This document shows positions 8,804-17,330 of a stretch of DNA of 64,000 nucleotides, one piece after another; position 1 is the first letter of the stretch, and every line of letters begins with the position of its first letter. The DNA is from Elusimicrobiota bacterium. Lineage in GTDB: Bacteria; Elusimicrobiota; Elusimicrobia; Elusimicrobiales; UBA9959. Both the position numbers and the translations under genes were made by a program. The notes below the pieces were generated by a model. It ran no database searches and was not told where the DNA came from. It saw nothing but the letters and a program-made list of their open reading frames with translations. The stretch spans positions 10,750-74,749 of the forward strand of contig DAIENX010000007.1 of assembly GCA_027340875.1 (NCBI GenBank), written 5' to 3'.

Positions 8804-9676
8804 TCAGGACCGTGGCAGTTCCACAGTTCCGAATCTTCTTATGTAGTCCGCGTACACGCCGTCGCACTCGCCGCGCATCGCGCAGCCGCGGCAGGCGGGT
8901 ATACGCCTCCTCTCGGGAAGCTTCTTCCGGTCCGCTTTCCGGAAACGCCCCTTACCGGCCACGTACTGCCTGGCCTGGCGCTCGAACATCTCCACCCTGT
9001 CGCTGACCTCCCGGAAGAGGCACGGCACCGGCGCGTTTATCAGCGCGGCTTCCGGCTCCCCGGCGCGCAGGCATTCGATTATGACCGGCGCGGCGTCCTT
9101 CACCCTGGGGGTGTGCGGCATCTCCCCGGCCCGCTCTCCGACGTATATGATGTTCCACTTCGTCATCCCCAGGCGTCCCAGCAGGGTCCTGATCCGCGGC
9201 AGGCGCGAGACGTTCTTCCTGACCACCGTGGTATTGGCCGAGATGTTGCGGAAGCCGGCGGCGCGCAGATTGGCCACGCCCTTCAGTATGCGGGCGAAGC
9301 CGCCCTTCGTGCCGGTGAGCCCGTCATGGACGGAAGCCCTGTCGCCGTGCACCGAGAAGCGCACCTCGGTCACCCCCGCCTCCAGCAGGGCCGCGACGAA
9401 CTTCCGGTCGGCGAACATCCAGCCGTTGGTGGTCAGCATGCGCTGCCTGAACCCCAGCCTTTTCGCCGCCCCGAAGATCGCGAAAATATCCTTCCTCAGC
9501 GAGGACTCCCCCCCCAGCACGTCCACCGCCTCCGCGCCGGCCCGCCTGGCCTCCACCAGCTCCGCCAGTATGGCGCGGTGGCTCTTGTCCGGCGCCTTGC
9601 CGCGGTACTCCCTGTCCCAGCAGAAGCCGCAGGAGTTGTTGCAGGTGTAGCCGGTGATCAGCTTGAGCGACCTCAT
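8804..9676 (-). CDS. Radical SAM protein, CX2CX5CX3Y family paralogue
   Basis: The track ORF is 5'-extended. The internal ATG at 9676 forms an ATGA overlap with the upstream stop. N-terminus is MRSLKLITGYTCNNSCGFC (CX3CX2C). Also TTNG and SVHG..VHDGLTG. The C-terminal motif is CRGCAMRGECDGVYADYIRRFG. Confidence 0.85.
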   Translation of the reverse strand: MRSLKLITGYTCNNSCGFCWDREYRGKAPDKSHRAILAELVEARRAGAEAVDVLGGESSLRKDIFAIFGAAKRLGFRQRMLTTNGWMFADRKFVAALLEAGVTEVRFSVHGDRASVHDGLTGTKGGFARILKGVANLRAAGFRNISANTTVVRKNVSRLPRIRTLLGRLGMTKWNIIYVGERAGEMPHTPRVKDAAPVIIECLRAGEPEAALINAPVPCLFREVSDRVEMFERQARQYVAGKGRFRKADRKKLPERRRIPACRGCAMRGECDGVYADYIRRFGTVELPRS

Positions 9677-10602
9677 CGCGCCCCCCCGCGCTTCCGGCCG
9701 GCCGGGGCCTTCTTGAAGCAGAAATAGGCGTCCAGCGTCCTGCCTGACTTCCCGGCCCCGTCCCCGGCCGCGAACAGCACCGGCGCCATCGTCATGCCGG
9801 CGCGCCTCGCGTAGGCGACGAGCGAGAGTATCTTCTGCAGGGCCGCCGGGCGCCCTCCGGCGGCGTAAAGCCCGCAGATCTCCCGCATCGCCGGGGTAAG
9901 ATCGCTTATTCCGCCGGTCTCGTACACCTTGTAGGCCTTCCTCCGGCCGGAGCCGGCGCCGCGCATCTCGTAATAGAAGCACTTCTTTTCCAGCCCCAGC
10001 CCCGCCATCGTCCGCTTCTGCCAGGGCGGCACGCGCAGCCCGGCCGGCGCTTCCCGCCTGAAATAGAGCTTGAAGTCGCGGCCGCGGCCCGGCGTCAGGT
10101 CCAGACAGACGGCCGACAGCGCGTCCAGGTCCGCCTTGGACGGAAGCCTCTTCAGGCCGCAGGCCCCGGAAAGCAGGCCGGCCTTCAACCGCCCGTCATA
10201 GACGGGATAAAGTTCCTCGTGGTAGACCTTCAGCCGCGGGGCGTTCTGGCCGGTGCCCCAGTCCAGGCCCAGCGTGGTCTGATGGGCCGCGCCCAGCGCC
10301 GCGCCGGCCTTCAGGAAGCGTCCGAGCGCGGCCAGGTCGTAGCTGTCTCCGAAAGAAGCGGCATAGCGCATTATCACCCGGCCCAGCGCCCCGCGCTCGC
10401 CGAAATCGCTGACGCTGAAGCGGAAGGCCCCCGGATCGGAGGAGGAGACGCAGACGTCGAGCTTCTGGTTGAGCGGCAGCCATTCTCCCTTCACCCTGCC
10501 GGCGAACAGCCCGGCGATGGCGGCCAGGCCGGCCGGCGGGACCTGAGGGGCCCCCTCGCCGAGGAGCCTGAACAGGCCGGGCAGGGACCCCGCGCTCCGC
10601 AT
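9673..10602 (-). CDS. Hypothetical protein, possible ABBA (alpha-beta-beta-alpha) prenyltransferase-like fold
   Basis: Size is 309 aa. A strand-pair pattern with a basic residue then Y recurs: LGLDWGTG..PRLKVYHE, VCLDLTPGRGRDFKLYFR, YYEMRGAGSGRRKAYKVYE, LFAAGDGAGKSGRTLDAYFCF. This resembles NphB/CloQ/PatF-type proteins. The start overlaps the upstream stop by 1 nt. Function is inferred from sequence pattern only. Confidence 0.6.
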   Translation of the reverse strand: MRSAGSLPGLFRLLGEGAPQVPPAGLAAIAGLFAGRVKGEWLPLNQKLDVCVSSSDPGAFRFSVSDFGERGALGRVIMRYAASFGDSYDLAALGRFLKAGAALGAAHQTTLGLDWGTGQNAPRLKVYHEELYPVYDGRLKAGLLSGACGLKRLPSKADLDALSAVCLDLTPGRGRDFKLYFRREAPAGLRVPPWQKRTMAGLGLEKKCFYYEMRGAGSGRRKAYKVYETGGISDLTPAMREICGLYAAGGRPAALQKILSLVAYARRAGMTMAPVLFAAGDGAGKSGRTLDAYFCFKKAPAGRKRGGAR

Positions 10603-11624
10603 CAGCGCCCCTCTATGTCGCTGGTAAGCTCGTTGTATTTCTTGAGCAGCCGCTTTTTGGCGAGGGCCTTGCGCATCTCTCCCGCGAACTCGGTGAACAG
10701 CAGGCCGGCCTTCACGTTGTTCCGGAGGTTGCCCACGATGTTGTTCTCGCGGTAGATGATGGACATGGCCCGCGTGTTGGACAGCCGGCCCGGGTGCAGC
10801 TTGTCTATGCTCAGCTCCGGGTCGGAGATATGGCCCAGGATGTAGCGGTTGCGCACGGCGTCGTCCTTGACCAGGTAGGCCAGGCAGGCGGAATAGATGT
10901 TGCCGTCGATGTTCACCGACAGCTCGGTGTTCATCGGCATCGGCGAAAGCCAGTTCTTAACGTTCAGCAGCGCCACGCCCTTGTCCTTCAGCGCGGCCAC
11001 CGCCGCCGGCACCAGCTCCTTCAGCTTCTTCCTCAGCAGCTTCAGCTTGGCGTCGGTGAACTTGGGGCCGCAGGAGACCATTATCCAGACCTTCTTGAAG
11101 CCCAGCTCCACCAGCGAATTGAAGCTCTCCAGCAGCCGCGGCGCGGTATCGGGCGTGATCACGGTGTAGCAGTAGGCGTCCAGGCCGTTGCGGAAGATCA
11201 TCGGCAGGTTCTTCACCACCAGCGGGTAGGTCTCGTCCTTGCAGCCCATCCGCGGCCTGTTCTTGTTGTGCGAGCGGCGGTCGCCGTCCAGGCTGACTAT
11301 CAGCAGCACGTCGTGCTTCTTGAAATAGGCTATCTTCGCCTCGTCGAGCAGCGTCGCGTTCGTCGTCATGATGAACTTGACCGTCTTGCCCAGCGAGGCC
11401 GCCTTGCGCTCGCCGTACTCTATCGTCCTGCGGATCAGGTCGAACGGCAGCAGCAGCGGTTCGCCGCCGAAGAACTCCATCTTCAGCTCCTTGTCCTGCG
11501 AGCCGCAGAGCAGGTCCACAGCCTTGAAGAGGTAGTCCTCGGGTATATACTTGTTCTCGAAATGGACCTTGCAGTAAGTGCAGCGCAGGTTGCAGGCCCA
11601 GGTGGTCACGACTAGAAGGTACAT
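10602..11624 (-). CDS. Radical SAM protein (anSME/peptide-maturase-like N-terminus, no obvious SPASM cysteines)
   Basis: MYLLVVTTWACNLRCTYCKV (CX3CX2C), FFGGEPLL, MTTNATLL, SLDGDRRSHNKNR. It lacks the C-terminal CX2CX5C motif of its neighbours. Confidence 0.85.
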   Translation of the reverse strand: MYLLVVTTWACNLRCTYCKVHFENKYIPEDYLFKAVDLLCGSQDKELKMEFFGGEPLLLPFDLIRRTIEYGERKAASLGKTVKFIMTTNATLLDEAKIAYFKKHDVLLIVSLDGDRRSHNKNRPRMGCKDETYPLVVKNLPMIFRNGLDAYCYTVITPDTAPRLLESFNSLVELGFKKVWIMVSCGPKFTDAKLKLLRKKLKELVPAAVAALKDKGVALLNVKNWLSPMPMNTELSVNIDGNIYSACLAYLVKDDAVRNRYILGHISDPELSIDKLHPGRLSNTRAMSIIYRENNIVGNLRNNVKAGLLFTEFAGEMRKALAKKRLLKKYNELTSDIEGR

Positions 11625-11628
11625 GTTC

Positions 11629-13392
11629 TCATCCTATTTCCCCGGACCCGAACCTGCCCAGGTACTCCGAGAAGACCCCGGGGCAGCGCCGGCAGGGGCC
11701 GCAGGAGGCGGGCCTCGTCCGGCCGAACTCGGCGGAGGAATTTATCTCATTATAATAAAATAAGCCGTCCCGGAAGACCAGCAGCCTGGCGGCCGGCGCC
11801 TGCCTGAAACTGGAAGCTCCGGGGAACACGCCGCGCAGCCTGTCCACCACGCAGTCCGGGAAGAGCGTGAACTGGGCGCGTCCGGAAGCCCGCGAGCGGC
11901 GGTAGGCCTCTACCAGGCTGGCATATGAGGGCAGCGCGCTCAGGTACCGTTTCTCCCCGCCCGGGCCCTGGTTGTCCGGGTAGTAATGCCAGACGGAAAG
12001 GCCCCAGTCGCCGGAGTAGGAGCCGACCAGCCCGCCCAGGGCCGGCAGCTCCCGCGCGTTCTTCTTCAGCGCCACCGCGTGGAAGCTGACGTCCAGGCGG
12101 TCTCGCTTGGCCAGCCTCTCCATCAGCGATATCAGCTTCCGCCAGGAGCCGGGCCGGCCGGTGACCGAGTCGTGCGTCTTCGCGGAGGCGCCGTATATCG
12201 GCAGCTCCAGCCCGGTCACGCCCAGCTTCTCCAGACCGTCGAGCGCCGCGTCGTCCAGCGCGAGGCCGGTGGTCCAGAGCCTGATCTTCCGGTAGCCGGC
12301 GCCGCGGCAGCGCCGCAGGAGCTCACCCAGCGCCGGGAACCTGTCGGCCCTGTCCCTGCCCCAGATATTCAGGGTCCTGTCCTTGTTCACCACGGAGAGG
12401 AACCTGCCCAGAACCGGAGACCCCGGGTCGAAGTCCAGCTTCTCCCGCGCCAGCCGGTGGTACTGCCTGCCGCGTATGACGCGCGAGTCGAAGGCGCAGG
12501 TGAAATCGCTGGCCCCGTACTGCAGGTCTATCGCCGCCAGGAAGTCCCGGCCGGCGGAGGGCTTTTCGCCGGCGAGGACCGCGTCGGGCATCACGAGGCG
12601 TCCGCCGCCTACGGCGTCGGAGTAGAGGTACCTGTTGCGCCTCAGCTCGTCTATGCGGCTGGCGGGCGGCAGGAAGCCCAGGTCGCCGCCCAGGTCCTCC
12701 ACGAGGACCCTGGTCGATAGCCCGGCCATGCGGGCGCGCACGGCTCTAACGGCCGAGACGAAGCCTTTCCGGTCCAGCAGGCCGCGCGGCGCGGCGCCGC
12801 CGGGATAGCCGGCCAGCGGCCTGGCCAGCGTGATGAAGGAGAGGCCGAAGCCGTCGAGCAGGGAGAGGACGGCGCCGAGCGACGCGGCGTTGACCCGCGT
12901 CACCGGCACGGCCGCGCCCACTTCCCTGATGCCGGCCGTTCTGGCCGCGCGCAGGCCGGCGAGGTTCTCCGCGAAGGCTTCGCGCCCGACGCCGCAGACG
13001 CGCGCGTAGGTCTTCCCGTCGGCGGCCGGCACCGAGACTATGGCGTAGCCCAGCCCCGCCGAGGCGAGGCCGGCGGCCAGGCCGGGGCGCAGCAAGCCGC
13101 GGCCGTTGGTGGACAAGCCTATGGTGGAGTAGCCCATGGCGCGGGCCGCCGCCACGAACCCCGGCAGGCCGGGGTGCGCGGCCGGCTCCCCGCCGGTGAA
13201 CTCCACGTGATCGAGGCCCATGGACCTGCCGTATTTGAGCCCGGCCAGCACCTTGCCGGCAGGGGCCAGGGCGCCGGACAGCCCGCAGGCGCAGTAGCCG
13301 CAGCGGTTGTCGCAGGCGTCGGAAACGGAAAGGGAAAGTCTGCTGAGGCTTTCCCCGGAAACGCCTCCCGTGGGAACGGCTTCTTCAGCCAC
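11629..13392 (-). CDS. Two-domain radical SAM protein: an intact N-terminal rSAM core plus a degenerate rSAM-like repeat ending in a Cys motif
   Basis: GTG start at 13392, an 8-nt overlap with the upstream gene. The N-terminal half has SDACDNRCGYC, FTGGEPAAHPGL and STNG. The C-terminal half repeats the barrel motifs (LWTTGLALDD, LPIYGASAKTHDSVTGRPGSW) but has no CX3CX2C. It ends in SCGPCRRCPGVFSEYLGRFG. Confidence 0.8.
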   Translation of the reverse strand: MAEEAVPTGGVSGESLSRLSLSVSDACDNRCGYCACGLSGALAPAGKVLAGLKYGRSMGLDHVEFTGGEPAAHPGLPGFVAAARAMGYSTIGLSTNGRGLLRPGLAAGLASAGLGYAIVSVPAADGKTYARVCGVGREAFAENLAGLRAARTAGIREVGAAVPVTRVNAASLGAVLSLLDGFGLSFITLARPLAGYPGGAAPRGLLDRKGFVSAVRAVRARMAGLSTRVLVEDLGGDLGFLPPASRIDELRRNRYLYSDAVGGGRLVMPDAVLAGEKPSAGRDFLAAIDLQYGASDFTCAFDSRVIRGRQYHRLAREKLDFDPGSPVLGRFLSVVNKDRTLNIWGRDRADRFPALGELLRRCRGAGYRKIRLWTTGLALDDAALDGLEKLGVTGLELPIYGASAKTHDSVTGRPGSWRKLISLMERLAKRDRLDVSFHAVALKKNARELPALGGLVGSYSGDWGLSVWHYYPDNQGPGGEKRYLSALPSYASLVEAYRRSRASGRAQFTLFPDCVVDRLRGVFPGASSFRQAPAARLLVFRDGLFYYNEINSSAEFGRTRPASCGPCRRCPGVFSEYLGRFGSGEIG

Positions 13393-14239
13393 GGCGCCTC
13401 CGTGCCACCAGGAATTTAACCATCTCCACCGCGTAAGACTTTACGAAGCCGGGGCAGGAGACGGAATGCGGGCAGGCGGAGCAGACCCCGGCGGGCTTCA
13501 CCCGCAGGCGCGGCTGGAAATCGGCCCCGGAGACCTCCCCGGCGGGGCAGGGCAGGCCCAGCTTCTCCGCCACGCAGAGCGGCACCGCCCCGCCGGCAGG
13601 CAGCATGCACCTGAGCCCCAGCTTCCGGCGGAAGCCGGCTATGGCGGAAAGCGAGCGCAGCGCGGCGGCCGCGTCGGGTATCAGCCAGCGCCTGGCCCGG
13701 ACGCGCGCGCAGTCCGGCTCCAGCAGAGAAAGCACGATGTCCTTAACTCCGTATTTCTTCCTCAGTTCGCGCACCAGGGCAGGCGCGGAGGACTGGTTGC
13801 CGGAATAGACCAGGAAATTGACGGCGGTCCTTATCCCGGCGCGGCGCAGGTTCTTCAGCGCGGCTTCCTTTTTGGCGAAGCCGCCTTTTACCCCGGCGAG
13901 AGCGTCGTATCTCTCCGGGGCCGATTCGAAGAAGCTGAGCACGACCTCGTCCAGGCCCGCCCCGGCCAGCTCCTCCAGGTAATCGGCGGAGGCCAGCCTG
14001 AGGCCGTTCGTCAGCAGCGCCACGTACTTGCCGCCCTTCTTCAGCCGGCGCACGAGGCCGGGCAGGCCGGGATGCAGCGTGGGCTCGCCGCCGGTCACGT
14101 TCACCCGCGCGGGCCCGGGCTCGGCGGCCAGGGCGGCGGCCTGCCTGGCGGCCCCGTCCTTCCGCTTCACGCCGCCGGCGTCGCAGAACAGGCAGTCCTG
14201 GTTGCAGCCGCAGGAAAGTACCAGGCGGGAGGTCTTCAT
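13385..14239 (-). CDS. Radical SAM protein, CX2CX5C family paralogue
   Basis: The internal ATG at 14239 makes an ATGA overlap with the upstream stop. MKTSRLVLSCGCNQDCLFC, VTGGEPTLHPGL, LTNG. C-terminal CSACPHSVSCPGFV. Confidence 0.8.
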   Translation of the reverse strand: MKTSRLVLSCGCNQDCLFCDAGGVKRKDGAARQAAALAAEPGPARVNVTGGEPTLHPGLPGLVRRLKKGGKYVALLTNGLRLASADYLEELAGAGLDEVVLSFFESAPERYDALAGVKGGFAKKEAALKNLRRAGIRTAVNFLVYSGNQSSAPALVRELRKKYGVKDIVLSLLEPDCARVRARRWLIPDAAAALRSLSAIAGFRRKLGLRCMLPAGGAVPLCVAEKLGLPCPAGEVSGADFQPRLRVKPAGVCSACPHSVSCPGFVKSYAVEMVKFLVARRRRG

Positions 14240-15186
14240 TTCGCTCTCTTCCGCCGCTTCGGCCCCGCCCCCGCGGCGGCGGGGCGGCACGGAACGAACT
14301 CGCCCCAGCCGAAAAGCTCCGGGTACTCGCGCCAGGGACCCTCGCACCTGTCGAAGAAGGCGCAGGACGGACACTTCGGCCCCTTGGCCTTGCCCTCGTT
14401 CAGCCTGTATTTACCGAAATCCTCTATCACGGTCCCCGCGTCGAAGATCTTGGTGCGCGGGATTATCGTCTCGGCCACGTAGTCCTCGTAGCCGCCCATG
14501 AAGCAGTACGGTATGGCCTCGGTCATAACGCGCAGGCCGGCGGCAAGGCCGATGTCCAGGCCGCGCTTCACGAAAGGCTCCATCACGGTCTTCTTCGGGA
14601 TCAGCCACCTGGCGTTCGCGGCGGCGCTGCCGAGTATGTGCACGAAGGCGAACTGGAACTGGTCCACGCCCAGCTTGGCCAGCAGCGTGGCTATGGCCGG
14701 CAGGTCCTGCGTGTTGGGTTTGGTTATCACGGTGTTGGTGATGACCCGGAACCCCGCCTTCTTCAGGTTCATTATCCCGGTCACGGTCTCGCGGAACGAG
14801 CCCCCGGCTCCGGTGAGGTAGTCGTGTATCTCCGCCCTGGACCCGTGCAGGGCCGGCGAGGCCTCGGTGGCCCCTGCCGCCGCCGCCTCGCGGCAGAACT
14901 CGGGGTAGCGGAACATGCGGCCGTTGCTCTGGATCTGGATGTTGCGGTAGCCGGTCTTCTTCGCCTCGCGCACTATCTGCAGGAATTCCTTGTGCAGCGT
15001 GGGCTCGCCGCCGGTCAGGACCAGCTCCCGGCCGCCGTCCTCGTAGCCGCGCCTCAGCTCCCTGCGCAGCTGCGCCATGTCCTTGGGCTGGTGCTTCTCC
15101 CGCTTCTTGCCCTGCACGCAGAACACGCACATGTTGTTGCAGCCGAAGGCGACTTTAAGGTCTATCCGCTTCAGGGGTCCGTTCAT
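14236..15186 (-). CDS. Radical SAM protein, CX2CX5CX3W family paralogue
   Basis: VAFGCNNMCVFC, LTGGEPTLHKEF, QSNG, ALHGSRAEIHDYLTGAGGSF. C-terminal CPSCAFFDRCEGPWREYPELFG. The ATG at 15186 makes an ATGA overlap with the upstream stop. An ATG at 15198 is an alternative start. Confidence 0.85.
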   Translation of the reverse strand: MNGPLKRIDLKVAFGCNNMCVFCVQGKKREKHQPKDMAQLRRELRRGYEDGGRELVLTGGEPTLHKEFLQIVREAKKTGYRNIQIQSNGRMFRYPEFCREAAAAGATEASPALHGSRAEIHDYLTGAGGSFRETVTGIMNLKKAGFRVITNTVITKPNTQDLPAIATLLAKLGVDQFQFAFVHILGSAAANARWLIPKKTVMEPFVKRGLDIGLAAGLRVMTEAIPYCFMGGYEDYVAETIIPRTKIFDAGTVIEDFGKYRLNEGKAKGPKCPSCAFFDRCEGPWREYPELFGWGEFVPCRPAAAGAGPKRRKRAK

Positions 15187-16394
15187 ATGAGGCTCCACAG
15201 GCGCCGCAGGGCGATCTTGGCCAGCAGCAGCACGTTGCCGCCGGACAGCGCCGCGGTGACGGCCAGGCCGGCGACTATCCAGAAGGCGAAGGGGCGCACG
15301 TGGAAGACCGGCACCCCCACGTCGTCCTTCGAATCGGCGGCTTTGCTCCTGACGTATTCCTTGAGGCCCTCCAGCTGTTCGGCGGTCAGGCCGTCGCGGT
15401 ACCGGTCGAAGCCGTACTTCTCCGCCAGCTCCGGCTCGGCCTCGCGCAGCTGCTGCAGGTATTCCTCGGAGATTATCATGCCCGGCGTTAGGCTGTCGAG
15501 ACAGACGCGGCGCGTGCCGGACAGCGCCAGGTGCCGGTCGGCGACGGCGTACAAAACGCCCCTGAACAGCATGAACTCCATGCTCATCACGAATCCGTAC
15601 AGCACCAGCCTGGCGAGGCTGAGCGTCTCGGGATTAAGCCTGGACGCGACGGCCAGGAGCAGCAGGCCGGCGAGCAGCGCGCGCGGACCGGCCTTACCGG
15701 CCAGCCAGCCGACGCGCCCGCCCAGCGCGAACATCAGGATGAAGAGGATGTTGCTGTTCACCTGGAAGCCGCCGGTATGCGCCGAGTTCCAGGCCGAGAC
15801 GAAGCTGAACAGCAGAGCGCTGAAGGAGAAGGTCACCAGCCGGCCCGGCTCCCTCGCCAGTCCGGCGGCGGCGGCGCGGGCGGCCGCCCAGCTCTTCCCG
15901 AAGGCTTTGATGGTCCCGTCCGAGAAGAGCAGGCCGAGCTGCTCCCTGGACATCTGCGCGAAATATACCGCCGCGGGCGGGACGAAGATGTTGACCAGCA
16001 GCGACAGCACCAGCGCCACCGGCGCCCAGCTGGCGTACGAGATGACCATCGGTAGCGCCGCGCAGAGCAGGGCGAAGAGCTTGGCGTCGCCCGCCGGCCA
16101 CACCGCGGTCTTCCAAAGTATTATCCCAGCCAGCAGGCCGAGGGCCGCGTTCTCCAGCAGCACCAGGTAGTACCTGTAAACGAAGAACGGCTCCCAGAAT
16201 GGGCCGTGCAGCCCGTACCTGGTCCCGGCCACGCTGACGGACAGCATGACCGCGGCGGCGGCCAGGACGGCAGCCCCGCCGCGGGCCAGGCTCCTGTTGC
16301 GTATCTTGCCGCAAAGGTCGTCCTCCCTGACCACCCTGAGCAGCAGGACGGTCAGGTACAGCGTCAGCAGCAGGCTTACTATCGGCAGGTACAT
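15183..16394 (-). CDS. Polytopic membrane protein, A24 (prepilin/TadV-type aspartic peptidase)-like N-terminal region with a soluble insert
   Basis: Multiple hydrophobic helices. EDDLCGKIRNR resembles the first catalytic-Asp motif (D..x..IPN). WPAGDAKLFALL resembles the G-x-GD-x-KL second motif. A charged region of about 70 aa (EEYLQQLREAEPELAEKYGFDRYRDGLTAEQLEGLKEY) precedes the last helix. Confidence 0.65.
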   Translation of the reverse strand: MYLPIVSLLLTLYLTVLLLRVVREDDLCGKIRNRSLARGGAAVLAAAAVMLSVSVAGTRYGLHGPFWEPFFVYRYYLVLLENAALGLLAGIILWKTAVWPAGDAKLFALLCAALPMVISYASWAPVALVLSLLVNIFVPPAAVYFAQMSREQLGLLFSDGTIKAFGKSWAAARAAAAGLAREPGRLVTFSFSALLFSFVSAWNSAHTGGFQVNSNILFILMFALGGRVGWLAGKAGPRALLAGLLLLAVASRLNPETLSLARLVLYGFVMSMEFMLFRGVLYAVADRHLALSGTRRVCLDSLTPGMIISEEYLQQLREAEPELAEKYGFDRYRDGLTAEQLEGLKEYVRSKAADSKDDVGVPVFHVRPFAFWIVAGLAVTAALSGGNVLLLAKIALRRLWSLI

Positions 16395-16398
16395 AGTT

Positions 16399-17328
16399 CT
16401 AGCGTCCGAGTATCCTGGCCGCTATAGCGGCCGGGTCCGAGAACATCGGGCACAGCTCCTCCGACTTGTAGTACACGTCCTTCTTATAGAGCCCGGCGCA
16501 GATCCTCTTCAGCGTGCAGGCGGCGCAGCGCCCGCCCTTGCCGTAGCTCCAGTCCTCCTGCACTATGAGCTCCTTCTCGTCCAGGAAATACGTGAGCCGG
16601 TTCTCGCCCTTCACTATCTTCCTGGTCTCCGTGGAGCAGTGCGCGAACTCGGCCATGAAGCAGAGCGGCACGCGCTCCACGCGGAAAGTCCGCCCGCCGG
16701 CCTCGAGGAAACGCATCGCGGCGGCCAGCGAGGCCTCGAAGCCGGACAGCGTGGGTATGGTGTCCGGGAACTCCACCACGCGCTCCATGCCCGGGTCCAT
16801 ATTGTTGAAGACGAAATGCGAGATGAACGGGTACTTCGCGCAGAGGAAGCGCGCGGCCAGGTGCAGATGGCCGGAGTTGTAGCGGTTGATGACGGTGTTC
16901 ACGTTCACCGAAACGCCCAGCTTGGCGGCGTTGTCCAGGGTACTGAAGAGGTTCGTCAGCGAGCCCTTGGTCCTGGAAAGGTGCTCCTGCAGCGCCGGCA
17001 CGTGAGAATGTATCGAGACGTGCAGATGTCTCAGCCCGGCGCGGCAGAGCCTGGAGAAATACTTCAAGTCCGCCGTGCGCTGGCCGTTGGTTACTATCCG
17101 CGGCTCCATGCCGAGCGTCCGCGCGTAGGCTATGAAGTCCGGCAGCTTGGGATGCAGCGTCGGCTCGCCGCCGGTGAAGATTATGCCGGAGGCCTTCCGC
17201 TTCGCGTAGTCGCGCATCATAGCGCCGGCCTTTTCCGCGCTTATCACGCTGCCGTTGGAGGGATTGGAGCAGAACCGGCAGTTCTGGTTGCATTCCCTGG
17301 TAAGCTGCAGATAATAAAGCTTCGCCAT
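16399..17328 (-). CDS. Radical SAM protein, CX2CX5CX3Y family paralogue
   Basis: The track ORF is 5'-extended. The ATG at 17328 lies 2 nt after the upstream TAA. MAKLYYLQLTRECNQNCRFC, FTGGEPTLHPKL, VTNG, SIHSHVPALQEHLSRTKGS. C-terminal CAACTLKRICAGLY. Confidence 0.85.
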   Translation of the reverse strand: MAKLYYLQLTRECNQNCRFCSNPSNGSVISAEKAGAMMRDYAKRKASGIIFTGGEPTLHPKLPDFIAYARTLGMEPRIVTNGQRTADLKYFSRLCRAGLRHLHVSIHSHVPALQEHLSRTKGSLTNLFSTLDNAAKLGVSVNVNTVINRYNSGHLHLAARFLCAKYPFISHFVFNNMDPGMERVVEFPDTIPTLSGFEASLAAAMRFLEAGGRTFRVERVPLCFMAEFAHCSTETRKIVKGENRLTYFLDEKELIVQEDWSYGKGGRCAACTLKRICAGLYKKDVYYKSEELCPMFSDPAAIAARILGR

Positions 17329-17330
17329 AG

